Origin: a virus
DNA length: 64,000 nt
Virus record (IMG/VR): IMGVR_UViG_3300042878_001341
Location: 1 to 64,000 of that record
Strand: one strand, 5' to 3'
Position 1 is the stretch's first letter. Every line of letters begins with the position of its first letter. Both the position numbers and the translations under genes were made by a program. Under the pieces are notes generated by a model, which was not told the DNA's origin, ran no database searches, and saw only the letters and a list, made by a program, of their open reading frames with translations. Below are positions 51,597 through 61,488 of this stretch, piece after piece.

Positions 51597-54500
51597 TGGG
51601 GTTAATTAATATAAATGGGTTTTCCATAACTGGAGATTGTACAAACGAGGGATTAGGCGAAATTATTTTTTCGGTAACAGGAGATAGTCCTAATTGGTTA
51701 GTTACTGAAACTCCCACCGCAGATGTTAATTTACCAACATCTGCATTAACTGTATTTGATAATGTTTATTATTACTCAGGTTTAAGTGCCGGTAGTTACT
51801 TTTTAAATGTCTATGACTCAACATATACTAATTATATTGTTGTTAATTTCTATATATCTTCGGGTACCTGTGTATCAATTAATACGACAGACACTACTTG
51901 TGGATTTGATAATGGGGGTATAACTGCGACAACACAAACGGTATATGGTAACGGTGGAACCTTTACGTTATATGATATTAATGATAATTTCATCTCAAGT
52001 GGAACTTCAGTAAGTAATGAATATGTTTTCCCACCTGTACCTTCAGGAATTTACTACGTTATTGCCAATGACGGTGGTGGATGTACAGGTTGTAGTGAAT
52101 CATGTGTAGTTAGAGAGTCATTTCCATTTGATTATGGTTATTACGTTGTTAATGACGGAAGTTGTATAGGTAGTGATGGTAGTGGTAAAATATTTTTAAC
52201 GGGTTTATCAGACCCAAGTCTATATACTGTTAATTGGTTAACGAGTGTTAATGGTCAAACAGGGACTACGGTGACAGGTTTGACTGAAGGTTTATACAAC
52301 GTTCAGGTAACTAATCAGGATGGTTGTGTATCAACTAAAACAATAACAGTTACCGGGGTAGATCCGTTAGGAATTGGTGGTTTTATGACATATCCACCAA
52401 CTTGTTTCACTAATGATGGGGAAATAACCATTATTATTACGGGGGGTACTGCGCCATATTATATTGGATGTTCAAACGGTGATAGCGCGATAATTTTTAA
52501 TAATGAATATACATTTACTGATTTATTTTCGGGAACGTATAATTTTAATATTATAGATGCTGGTCTCTGTAAAGTGTCGGGAACAACATCTATTAATACG
52601 TCAAATAGTTTTCAAGTATTAAGTGTTGATACGACAAATTCAATGTGTAATGACAATTCAGGATCAGTTACAATTACGTTAATTGGATCAGGATATTATA
52701 CGTATAGTTTAACGGATTCATTACATGATACAACAAGTTTTGGTCCTACAACTAATATAGTTCAAGTATTTGATACGTTGTCTTCAGGTGATTATGATTT
52801 AGTTATTACCGATGGAGTTTGTGATTATGAAACAACAATTACAATTCATAATACTGAAAAATTTACAATCTCGGCTATAACTGAAGATACTACTTGCGGG
52901 TTAAATAATGGGTCAATACAATTATTAGCAAGTACAGGTGGAACTTTACCTTATCAATATGAAATAACAGGTTTTCCACCATCCTCAACGACTACATTTA
53001 ATAATTTAGCGTCTGGTAATTATGTTGGAACAGTTACAGATAATACGGGTTGTTCTCAAAGTTTAAATATATTTGTTAATAACTCTAATGGTGTCTTTTT
53101 TGATTTAGTTGTTGACCAACCAACAAGTGGGGATAATGGTCAAATTGAAACTATTATATATGACGGAACACCTATATTCACCTATGATTGGAGTCCTAAT
53201 GTTAATGGTCAAACAGGGACTACGGTGACAGGTTTGACTGCGGGTACCTATAGTTTAGAGGTAACAGATTCAAGTGGATGTACATTAACAAAAACTGTGA
53301 CTTTATCAGGTACTGAAAAAAAATTAAGTTATCAAACATATAATATATGTAATGATAATTTCCAAAATACTGGAATACTCGGTAAAAGAGGTATGCAACA
53401 GATGTTAACCGAAGGGTTTAAAGATTTAACATATGATGATACAGGATGTATTTTAAATACTGCAAATTTTATTGCGGATGTAACAGTTGATGGAGAAAAC
53501 ACACAACAATCATTTTATGTATCGTCAGGTTTAACTGATTATCCTTCAGATTATGTGTGGGGTGAAACATTAACTGAACTTTTACAAAGTTATAGCGGAA
53601 TTAGTAAAGTTGAAATTAATTACTCAACTAATGAGATTAAAATTTATAACAAATGTGTGGAAATAGACGGGTGTCAACCTGAAACAATTTATTATTTGTC
53701 TGATGCGAATATTGTAATTAATCTAAAATTAGAATACAATATTTCTTGTCAACAATGTATTACAACCCCAACTCCAACCCCAACTCAAACTTTAACTCAA
53801 ACTCCAACACAAACACAAACGCAAACTCCTACACAAACCCCAACTCAAACTTTGACTCAAACACCAACTCCTACGCAAACACAAACGCCAACACCAACTC
53901 AAACTTTAACTCAAACACCAACTCAAACACAAACACCTACGCTAACCCCAACTCAAACTTTGACTCAAACACCTACACCGACTCAAACAGAAACTCAAAT
54001 ACTTACACCTACACCTACGCCAACACCGACCCAAACTGAGACTCAAACGCCTACGCCAACACCAACTCAAACAGAAACTCAGACTCCTACGCCAACACCA
54101 ACCCAAACAGAAACTCAGACTCCTACGCCAACACCAACCCAAACACCAACACCAACTTATCCTGATACGGAATTTTTACAACTACAAAATATTATTGGTA
54201 CAGATCCAATGATTGTGTCTTTTAAAACCGCACCAGATAGTAGTTTTAATATAAATTGGGGGGATGGGTCATCAGAATTTGTTAATATAACTGATCCACC
54301 GTACAATCCTACTTTTAGTGCGTATACCTATACTCATAATTATGTAGGTAGTTTAAACACTGCGATTTTTGAAGACTTCCGAGTGTCATCATCATTATCA
54401 ACTGACAATATTCGTGAGATTTATTTAGCAAATGTTTCAGATATTATTGAAAATGTTTATACTTTTAGTGCATTTACTGCTTCAACTAAATTAACTTTAA

Positions 54501-55837
54501 CGGCTTGTACTTTAACTGAGTTCAATTCTAGCTTACCTAATACTCTTGTGAGATTTTACATATATAACAATTACGCACCATCAACTCAATACTTTAATTT
54601 TAATCCAACAACAAACTTAGCATTATTACCTAGTTTTGTAGAGTTAATTATTTCAAATACTGATATGTCAGGGTTTACATATGATTTTTCAGGAAGTAGT
54701 TCATTACAAACTCTTCAGTTAACTAGTAATAATAGTTTAACAAACTTGAATATGACAGTTCCGACAGGGTCATCGTTTTTTCAATTTTGGGTATTCGGTA
54801 ATACTTCGTTATCGGCATTAACAGTTAATAATAATTTATCGGATTGTATAAATCTTAATGATATACGAGTATATGGAAATACAGCATTAACAGGTTGGAC
54901 TTATATATTACCAGTGGCTGCAGATAACGTACAATTAAATTCAAATAGAATCCGTAATTTTGACATTGATTTATCGGCAAATACAAATTTAACTGATTTA
55001 AATTTAAATAGTAATCTTGTTTTAAGTTCATTCACAAATAGTATATCTGCATGTACATCATTGACAGATTTAAGATTAGATAATAACAACTTAACGACAT
55101 TACCTCCGATATTCCCAAATAGTATTCAAACATTAAGATTAGAATCAAATGATATAACGGGATACACAAGTAACTTCCCTACTAGTTGTGTTTATTTTGA
55201 TATGAGTGATTCTGTAGCGAGTTTACAGACTGTTCCCCAATGGTCGGTAGATTTAACGGGAGCAACGTCATTACAAACTTTCAATTTAAATAGTGTTGGG
55301 TTATCAGGATGGACAACACAATTCCCATCATCAATTAAAACAATAAGTTTTAGAAATAATCTTTTAACTGATTTTGATTTTAATTATACTACAGGTGCTA
55401 CATCAATAGATTTATATTTCAACCAATTAACTGGAACAACAAATTTATCGGGACACACTTCTTTAACTGGTTTAACAATAGGAAGTAATAACTTTACAGA
55501 TAGTTCTCCAATACTTGGAGGTGACTTCCCACCAACTTTAAGAACATTTGACATTGGGGGGTCACCATTATTAACAGGATGGACGACAACATTCTCAGCA
55601 ATGACCAATATGTTGTCATTAAATTTCCAAGGTACCAAACTTAAAACTGCGGCGGTAGATTACATTTTAGATGATGTTGCAACTATAGCGGTAGCAAATA
55701 ATTTATATAATAAAACACTTAATTTATCCGGTACTCCTCCAAACCAACCAGAATCCCCAACGGGAGGTGTGACTAATGCTGATTATATATTACTTACAAG
55801 TTCACCATATAATTGGACAGTAACTATAACCCCATAA
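51596..55837 (+). CDS. Adhesin/fibre-like protein: SprB-like repeats, Thr-Pro-Gln tract, PKD-like domain and C-terminal leucine-rich repeats
   Basis: Repeated TC...G.I...GGT.PY.Y...GL.AG.Y.V.VTD..GC units, a 132-aa TPTQT tract, NWGDGS, and LRR units such as LTDLRLDNNNLTTLP. Confidence 0.75.
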   Translation: MGLININGFSITGDCTNEGLGEIIFSVTGDSPNWLVTETPTADVNLPTSALTVFDNVYYYSGLSAGSYFLNVYDSTYTNYIVVNFYISSGTCVSINTTDTTCGFDNGGITATTQTVYGNGGTFTLYDINDNFISSGTSVSNEYVFPPVPSGIYYVIANDGGGCTGCSESCVVRESFPFDYGYYVVNDGSCIGSDGSGKIFLTGLSDPSLYTVNWLTSVNGQTGTTVTGLTEGLYNVQVTNQDGCVSTKTITVTGVDPLGIGGFMTYPPTCFTNDGEITIIITGGTAPYYIGCSNGDSAIIFNNEYTFTDLFSGTYNFNIIDAGLCKVSGTTSINTSNSFQVLSVDTTNSMCNDNSGSVTITLIGSGYYTYSLTDSLHDTTSFGPTTNIVQVFDTLSSGDYDLVITDGVCDYETTITIHNTEKFTISAITEDTTCGLNNGSIQLLASTGGTLPYQYEITGFPPSSTTTFNNLASGNYVGTVTDNTGCSQSLNIFVNNSNGVFFDLVVDQPTSGDNGQIETIIYDGTPIFTYDWSPNVNGQTGTTVTGLTAGTYSLEVTDSSGCTLTKTVTLSGTEKKLSYQTYNICNDNFQNTGILGKRGMQQMLTEGFKDLTYDDTGCILNTANFIADVTVDGENTQQSFYVSSGLTDYPSDYVWGETLTELLQSYSGISKVEINYSTNEIKIYNKCVEIDGCQPETIYYLSDANIVINLKLEYNISCQQCITTPTPTPTQTLTQTPTQTQTQTPTQTPTQTLTQTPTPTQTQTPTPTQTLTQTPTQTQTPTLTPTQTLTQTPTPTQTETQILTPTPTPTPTQTETQTPTPTPTQTETQTPTPTPTQTETQTPTPTPTQTPTPTYPDTEFLQLQNIIGTDPMIVSFKTAPDSSFNINWGDGSSEFVNITDPPYNPTFSAYTYTHNYVGSLNTAIFEDFRVSSSLSTDNIREIYLANVSDIIENVYTFSAFTASTKLTLTACTLTEFNSSLPNTLVRFYIYNNYAPSTQYFNFNPTTNLALLPSFVELIISNTDMSGFTYDFSGSSSLQTLQLTSNNSLTNLNMTVPTGSSFFQFWVFGNTSLSALTVNNNLSDCINLNDIRVYGNTALTGWTYILPVAADNVQLNSNRIRNFDIDLSANTNLTDLNLNSNLVLSSFTNSISACTSLTDLRLDNNNLTTLPPIFPNSIQTLRLESNDITGYTSNFPTSCVYFDMSDSVASLQTVPQWSVDLTGATSLQTFNLNSVGLSGWTTQFPSSIKTISFRNNLLTDFDFNYTTGATSIDLYFNQLTGTTNLSGHTSLTGLTIGSNNFTDSSPILGGDFPPTLRTFDIGGSPLLTGWTTTFSAMTNMLSLNFQGTKLKTAAVDYILDDVATIAVANNLYNKTLNLSGTPPNQPESPTGGVTNADYILLTSSPYNWTVTITP
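52246..52286 (+). repeat. 41-bp exact direct repeat, copy 1
   Basis: TGTTAATGGTCAAACAGGGACTACGGTGACAGGTTTGACTG, identical to 53200-53240. Confidence 0.9.
53200..53240 (+). repeat. 41-bp exact direct repeat, copy 2
   Basis: Identical to 52246-52286. Spacing is 954 bp, which is in frame. Confidence 0.9.
53762..54157 (+). repeat. Coding low-complexity tandem repeat (TP/TQ/TE units, 132 codons)
   Basis: ACN-CCN / ACN-CAA repeats encoding TPTPTPTQTLTQTPTQTQT... Confidence 0.95.
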
Positions 55838-55876
55838 TAAATTCACTTTTAGTTATTATCTAATATCTTTTACTTT

Positions 55877-56851
55877 ATGGGAGATATTCTTTTTGTTACT
55901 GCACAACCTGACGTACCTTATTTTCATTGGCAAGTAAAATTGTATACTCATAATTTTATTGAGAAGGGAATTAAACCTTGTCAGATCCATGTTATTTTTG
56001 GATTACAAAAAAAACAACAACCATCACAAGGGGCATTAGAATTATGTGATTACGGATTTAATGTTCATTTTTATGATGATGATCGTGAGAACAAATCATA
56101 CATACCAAGTATAAAACCATATCTAATTTATCAATGGTTAAAAGAATATCCTGAAAACGGTAAATTATTTTTCTTACACGATTCTGATATCATCTTCAAT
56201 AGATTACCAAATTTTGATAAATTACTTAATGATAATGTATCTTATTTATCTGACACGATAGGCTATATTGGTTACGAATACATTAAAGATTGTTGTGATA
56301 GATATGAGAAACAACATCCAACATCAAACAAAGAACAGTTACTCCAAGAGATGTCAGATACAATAGGTATTGATGTTGATCTTATAAAACAAAATCAAGA
56401 AAATTCGGGTGGAGGTCAATACCTTATCAAAAATACGGATCCACTATTATGGGGTAAGATTTATGATGATTGTACACCATTGTATAACCAAATGTTAGAT
56501 TACCAAAGAAGATTCCCCATTAATCCTGGTCAAATACAATTTTGGACTGCCGAAATGTGGTCATTATTATGGAATATGTGGAACTCAGGGTATGAAACAA
56601 AAATCACAAATGAGTTAGATTTTTCATGGGCAACTGATAGTATTGATATTTATAATCAAAAACCAATACTACATATGGCAGGTGTGACTGACCAATTAAG
56701 AACTACGAAATTTTATAAGGGAGATTTCATAAACAGAAATCCGATTGAGGATTTAAGGAATGACATTAATTTCTTTAATTATGTGGACAAAAATAGTTCT
56801 ACGATTAAATATATTGAAGTAATGAGGTCATTTTTGGAAAAAAATAAATAA
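55877..56851 (+). CDS. GT-A glycosyltransferase resembling plant peptidyl-Ser alpha-galactosyltransferase / Hyp O-arabinosyltransferase (GT96/GT95-like)
   Basis: Motifs occur in the family order: YFHWQ, Y....KP.....WL, DxD (LHDSDII), GYIG, GGG.Y, W..EMW and ILH. Assignment is from recalled family motifs, not a search. Confidence 0.7.
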   Translation: MGDILFVTAQPDVPYFHWQVKLYTHNFIEKGIKPCQIHVIFGLQKKQQPSQGALELCDYGFNVHFYDDDRENKSYIPSIKPYLIYQWLKEYPENGKLFFLHDSDIIFNRLPNFDKLLNDNVSYLSDTIGYIGYEYIKDCCDRYEKQHPTSNKEQLLQEMSDTIGIDVDLIKQNQENSGGGQYLIKNTDPLLWGKIYDDCTPLYNQMLDYQRRFPINPGQIQFWTAEMWSLLWNMWNSGYETKITNELDFSWATDSIDIYNQKPILHMAGVTDQLRTTKFYKGDFINRNPIEDLRNDINFFNYVDKNSSTIKYIEVMRSFLEKNK

Positions 56852-56868
56852 CTGATTATTTATTAGTA

Positions 56869-58197
56869 ATGGGAACTCAACCGATATCAGTAAAACCAAT
56901 AAATGAATGTGCGATAGTTACGTTATTTCCAATGACGGCTATATGTGATAGTGTTAATCCAAGTACTCCACAATCCTATGATGGATCAGTAAGTGTTATG
57001 GTTAGTGGTGGTACTCCACCATATAATATTACTTGGGAAGAAGGTGGATTAGGACCAACAAAATCTAATCTTGGTGTTGGAGATTACCGAGCAACCATTG
57101 TTGATTTTTATGGTGATTTTACGGCAAATACAATATGTAGTTTAACCGCAGAAACAAGTACAACCACAACCTCCACATCAACAACTACATTACCTGTTTA
57201 CGAGGATTTATGTATGTACTTTACGGACAACAATGGTCCAAATTCAGAAACACATCAGTTTTTATTTAATGGATATTTAAATGGAAAACCTACTTGGATA
57301 TCTGATGATGACTTATATAATATATATTGGAGTACAGGTACTACAAATCAATGGTTAGTTGACGGGTGGAGTAATGGTATCATTTACAATTCAAATACAT
57401 CCGTACCACCATTAACGGGGTGGCAATTCTTAGGTGGTAGTTATTCAGGGACATTTACTATTACCGTTTCTGAGGGAACTTGTGTGGATAATCCTATGGT
57501 TAATATATTAATAAGTTACCAATCTCCAACCTGTGGTAGTAATGGTAGTATTATTGTGACGGCAAATGGAGGAACACCATCGTACCAATACTCAATTAAT
57601 GGAGGAACAACATACCAATCAAGTCCTGTATTTAGTAATTTATCAAGTGGTATATATAGTGTTAAGGTTAAGGATACAAATGATGTAGCAACAACACAAA
57701 GTGTTACTTTATCAGGGCCACCACCTAATCAAACTTATCAAATAGCATTACTTTTAACGGGTCCTAACTCTTTTAACATAAATGTAACTCCTACATTACC
57801 AAGTGGGGTATATATCACTTTTGATTTAAAACATAATAGTGTATTTAAATTAGCACCTTCACCAACCGTGGCGGTATATAATAATGTTGTCACGGTTAAT
57901 GTTAATGGAAATCCGATTGCGACTCCATCACCTATGTTAAGTACAACCGCAACATTTAACCCTTGTGATTCGGGGTCTATATATACTAAAACAAATATCA
58001 CTACATGGACTACGTTAACGTTTAATCCAACAAGTACCATGAGCGGTACTTTTACAAATAATATAAGTCCGATAACACCTTTAGTTAATTGTTATTCGGT
58101 TAGTGGGTCAAGTGAATTAGTTATTACAAATGCAAAATTATATAACTGTGATTGTTGTAATATAACAATAAAAAACTCTAACCCTATTAGGATTTAA
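56869..58197 (+). CDS. SprB-repeat-containing structural/adhesin-like protein with Thr/Ser tract
   Basis: DGSVSV.VSGGTPPY..TW, PTCGSNGSIIVTANGGTPSYQYSINGG..YQSS.VFSNLSSG.Y.V.VKD and TSTTTTSTSTTT. Confidence 0.65.
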   Translation: MGTQPISVKPINECAIVTLFPMTAICDSVNPSTPQSYDGSVSVMVSGGTPPYNITWEEGGLGPTKSNLGVGDYRATIVDFYGDFTANTICSLTAETSTTTTSTSTTTLPVYEDLCMYFTDNNGPNSETHQFLFNGYLNGKPTWISDDDLYNIYWSTGTTNQWLVDGWSNGIIYNSNTSVPPLTGWQFLGGSYSGTFTITVSEGTCVDNPMVNILISYQSPTCGSNGSIIVTANGGTPSYQYSINGGTTYQSSPVFSNLSSGIYSVKVKDTNDVATTQSVTLSGPPPNQTYQIALLLTGPNSFNINVTPTLPSGVYITFDLKHNSVFKLAPSPTVAVYNNVVTVNVNGNPIATPSPMLSTTATFNPCDSGSIYTKTNITTWTTLTFNPTSTMSGTFTNNISPITPLVNCYSVSGSSELVITNAKLYNCDCCNITIKNSNPIRI

Positions 58198-58249
58198 AGT
58201 ATTGAAGTTAGAGGATAAAAAAATTATAAATAAACTATTTATTGATTAG

Positions 58250-60763
58250 ATGAGCTATATATTAAAAAATACATCAGGGTTAGTTAACACTAGAATAACT
58301 GACACAGGAAGATTAAAGTTATCACAAGGTAATTTTAACATTTCATATTTCCAAATTGGGGATAGTGAAGTGTCGTATAATGAATTACCAAACACTTACA
58401 ATCAATTTAATAGTGTAGTTTTAGAACCAAGTTTTAATAGTCAAAATAGTGCCGGATCTCCTGAATCAAACAAACAAAATATTAAATATCCATATTATGT
58501 GGATGATAATAATAGTAATACATATGGAATTCCATTTATGGATTCTGTTATTGAACCTGTTTATAATAGAGCTCCATTAAGAGGATTTTTCACAGGTAAT
58601 ACAACCGCAAGTACGGTTAATTATAGTGCGTTTACAGGATCAAAGTATGTTGTAACGTCCAATTACATTGTTGATATGTCAACATTAAATGGATCAAATC
58701 AAATAACAATAATCCAAGATATATGTGACCCAACAAACACTAATAAACCAAGTGTTGGAGATTTCATTACAATTTATTATGATGGTTTAGCGAAATATGA
58801 TTGTTCTTGTATTAATTTACCTACACCAACACCAACGGCAACAATAGGTACAACTCCTACATTAACTAATACTCCCACTGCGTCAAATACTAATTCTGAC
58901 CCATGTGCGTCTCCAACACCAACACCAACTCCATCGGCAACACCTTGTTTGACACCATCAAACAAACCTGTTTGTCCTATACCACCTGATCCGTCATGTG
59001 TTAAACCTGTTCATTCATGTTTTCCTATATTGACATATAGGATCGTTGATATTTGTGAGAATAATGTGACTTTGGATAGACCAACGCCTAATTATGTTGG
59101 ATTAAGTTCTAATTGTTTTGGTAGAGTATTGGTATACCCACCAAATATGACTACACTATATGATAGTATCACACCTCGTCCACATTGGGCGGATGATGTT
59201 ATCAATTTTGAATCTATTTGTGATATTGATCAATTTGATGTTAAAGTATGGAATATGAATATTCCTTGGACTGAGAGTCCTGCGGGATTAAGATCTACTG
59301 AGTATGAAGATTATACTTATTTTGGTTCCATTGATTATATTGGTAGTAAAGAATACTTTGGTTATAACTCAACCTCAGGTCAGACAGATACAAGTTATAC
59401 GTATTATTACAATTCATTTGATGAAATTGTTCAAGTTAAACCTGAAGAACAAAAGGCAATTGCTATAATTCATTATACAAACCAAACTATAGATTTCTTT
59501 TATGGTGAGAAATTTGCGTTAGAACCATATAACAATTCAAATCCTGATGATACGACAGGACAAGCAAGAAACTTTAAATTACATATGCCAACATTAATGT
59601 GGCATAAAAATCCTGAGTGTTGTTATGGTCAAACATTTTGGGTTGATCCTCCGGGATTTGATGGGAAAGATTTATTCCAAGTTGAATATATTAAGTCAAC
59701 TAAGAATACTGATATGAATCAACCTGGTATTCGTTATTATCACTTGTGGGACACTAATGCAAATGCAGATGGGTTACCAAGTAGAGTGGGTAAAGTATTC
59801 CCTGATAGTAAGTTAATTATTATTGATGACGAAGAAATAATCGCAGCATTATCATATAAATCAAATAGAAACTGGACATTAACGGCACCTCAAGTATCGT
59901 TAATTACTCCTAATACTTGTGGTGTAACCACCGCAACAACTGATGGTATTTTAACAGGTAGTAATGAAACAATGTATGTAACTTATATGTTGGGTAACTC
60001 TTATAATTTTACTAATTCATTACATTCTAATTATTATTCTAAAATTACCGGTAATAATAATGATTGTAATCCTGACACATCTAAAAATGTGGCGGTTAGA
60101 TTTGGTGCTGAATTTAAATGTTTAACACAACCTGGTTATAGTCCTTTAACGACAACAACAACTACACATCCATTATTAACAACAACAACTACTTATTTAC
60201 CGTTAACAACAACAACAACACTTTGCCCTACATTTTGTGATACACCTAATGGTTTCTTCGCAACTAAATTCCAAGTGATTGCACAAAAAGTAGTGACAGG
60301 ACAAAGACCTGATCCATCTAAATGGAGAGTTATTGATTATACTAGTTCATTAACCGCAACTACTATAAATGGGTATATTACTGAAGAAGGTTTAACAGGA
60401 ACTACATTTGTTATTACCCCTGATCTTTATAATAACGCACCGTATTACAATTTAAATAATTATATTCCATTAACACCACTTGGTACCACAACACCAAATC
60501 TTAATTTTGGTGACGAGTACTTTTTCTACGGAGCGTTTGAAAGTGATATTCAAGCGACAATATATGAGATGAGGTATAAAGTAAATTTAAGTTTTGCTGA
60601 ATTCCAAACCACAACAAATCCTACGTGGAAAAAAGGTGGTAATTCTTACATTACTGAAATTGCGTTACTTGATAGTAATAAAGATGTTATGGTAATTTCT
60701 AAGATGCAATCACCTGTATTAAGACAAGGTATCCAACAGTTCGTTGTTAAGTTAGATCTATAA
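58250..60763 (+). CDS. Tail-fibre attachment / collar-like structural protein with Pro-Thr and poly-Thr inserts
   Basis: N-terminal ITDTGRLKL...ISYFQIGDSE and C-terminal ITEIALLD...VISKM resemble the two halves of the P2 gpH N-terminal (tail-collar) domain. Confidence 0.5.
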   Translation: MSYILKNTSGLVNTRITDTGRLKLSQGNFNISYFQIGDSEVSYNELPNTYNQFNSVVLEPSFNSQNSAGSPESNKQNIKYPYYVDDNNSNTYGIPFMDSVIEPVYNRAPLRGFFTGNTTASTVNYSAFTGSKYVVTSNYIVDMSTLNGSNQITIIQDICDPTNTNKPSVGDFITIYYDGLAKYDCSCINLPTPTPTATIGTTPTLTNTPTASNTNSDPCASPTPTPTPSATPCLTPSNKPVCPIPPDPSCVKPVHSCFPILTYRIVDICENNVTLDRPTPNYVGLSSNCFGRVLVYPPNMTTLYDSITPRPHWADDVINFESICDIDQFDVKVWNMNIPWTESPAGLRSTEYEDYTYFGSIDYIGSKEYFGYNSTSGQTDTSYTYYYNSFDEIVQVKPEEQKAIAIIHYTNQTIDFFYGEKFALEPYNNSNPDDTTGQARNFKLHMPTLMWHKNPECCYGQTFWVDPPGFDGKDLFQVEYIKSTKNTDMNQPGIRYYHLWDTNANADGLPSRVGKVFPDSKLIIIDDEEIIAALSYKSNRNWTLTAPQVSLITPNTCGVTTATTDGILTGSNETMYVTYMLGNSYNFTNSLHSNYYSKITGNNNDCNPDTSKNVAVRFGAEFKCLTQPGYSPLTTTTTTHPLLTTTTTYLPLTTTTTLCPTFCDTPNGFFATKFQVIAQKVVTGQRPDPSKWRVIDYTSSLTATTINGYITEEGLTGTTFVITPDLYNNAPYYNLNNYIPLTPLGTTTPNLNFGDEYFFYGAFESDIQATIYEMRYKVNLSFAEFQTTTNPTWKKGGNSYITEIALLDSNKDVMVISKMQSPVLRQGIQQFVVKLDL

Positions 60764-60813
60764 AACTTTAGTTTTATCTTCTTGTCATTATATTATAATA
60801 AAACAATCTTTGT

Positions 60814-61422
60814 ATGAGAACACCAATTAAAAATTCGCCCAAAGTTTTGGGTTTAGATATATCAACCAAGACAATAGGGTGGGCACTTTTTGACATTCAA
60901 ACTCAAGAACTATTGGAATTAACTCATGTTTCGCCAAGACCTAAAAATAAAGATACTGAGGAGAATAAAATGTTGGAATTAATCTTAAAATCTGAGGTAT
61001 TCAAAACAAAATTAGAAGATTATAAGAAATTAGGTATTGTTAGTGTTATTATTGAAGAACCATTATTAAATTCTAATAATGTTTATACAATCCAAACATT
61101 GTTAAGATTTAATACTTTAATTTGTAAAACAATTTATGATGTTTTAGGTATTGTACCTGAATTCATATCTACTTATAACTCAAGAAAATTTGCATTTCCT
61201 GAGTTAGTTCAAGAAAACGATAAAAAGAAATACGTTTTATTTGGAGGACTCCCTAAAGACATTGATAAGAAAATGATTATATGGGAATTGGTTGCAAAAA
61301 AAGAACCTCAGATCCAATGGCAATATACAAGAAATAATACTTTGAAGAAAGAAAACTTTGACCAAACAGATGCTTATACTTGTGTTTTAGGTTACATGAG
61401 AAGTAAGGAAATTTGGAAATAA
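60814..61422 (+). CDS. RuvC-like Holliday junction resolvase
   Basis: VLGLDISTKTIGWA, VIIEEP and FDQTDA supply the acidic catalytic residues of the RNase H / RuvC fold. Confidence 0.75.
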   Translation: MRTPIKNSPKVLGLDISTKTIGWALFDIQTQELLELTHVSPRPKNKDTEENKMLELILKSEVFKTKLEDYKKLGIVSVIIEEPLLNSNNVYTIQTLLRFNTLICKTIYDVLGIVPEFISTYNSRKFAFPELVQENDKKKYVLFGGLPKDIDKKMIIWELVAKKEPQIQWQYTRNNTLKKENFDQTDAYTCVLGYMRSKEIWK

Positions 61423-61448
61423 CCTACTTAAAAATACTGTTAATATAG

Positions 61449-61477
61449 ATATCGTCTAAAAAGACGATATTTTTTTT
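61449..61477 (+). terminator. Terminator between convergent genes
   Basis: ATATCGTCT-AAAA-AGACGATAT followed by T7. Confidence 0.7.
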
Positions 61478-61488
61478 ACCTAATAATT

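Noticed and set aside
52246-53240. Direct repeat pair as a diversity-generating retroelement TR/VR
   Set aside because: The copies are identical with no adenine-specific mismatches, only 41 bp long, and no reverse transcriptase is present in the window.
53762-54157. Repeat array as a possible CRISPR or non-coding array
   Set aside because: It is an in-frame coding repeat with degenerate third positions and no repeat-spacer structure.
60814-61422. RuvC-like ORF as a TnpB/Cas12-type nuclease
   Set aside because: It is only 202 aa with no zinc finger or REC region, no adjacent array or transposon ends, and it fits a stand-alone resolvase.
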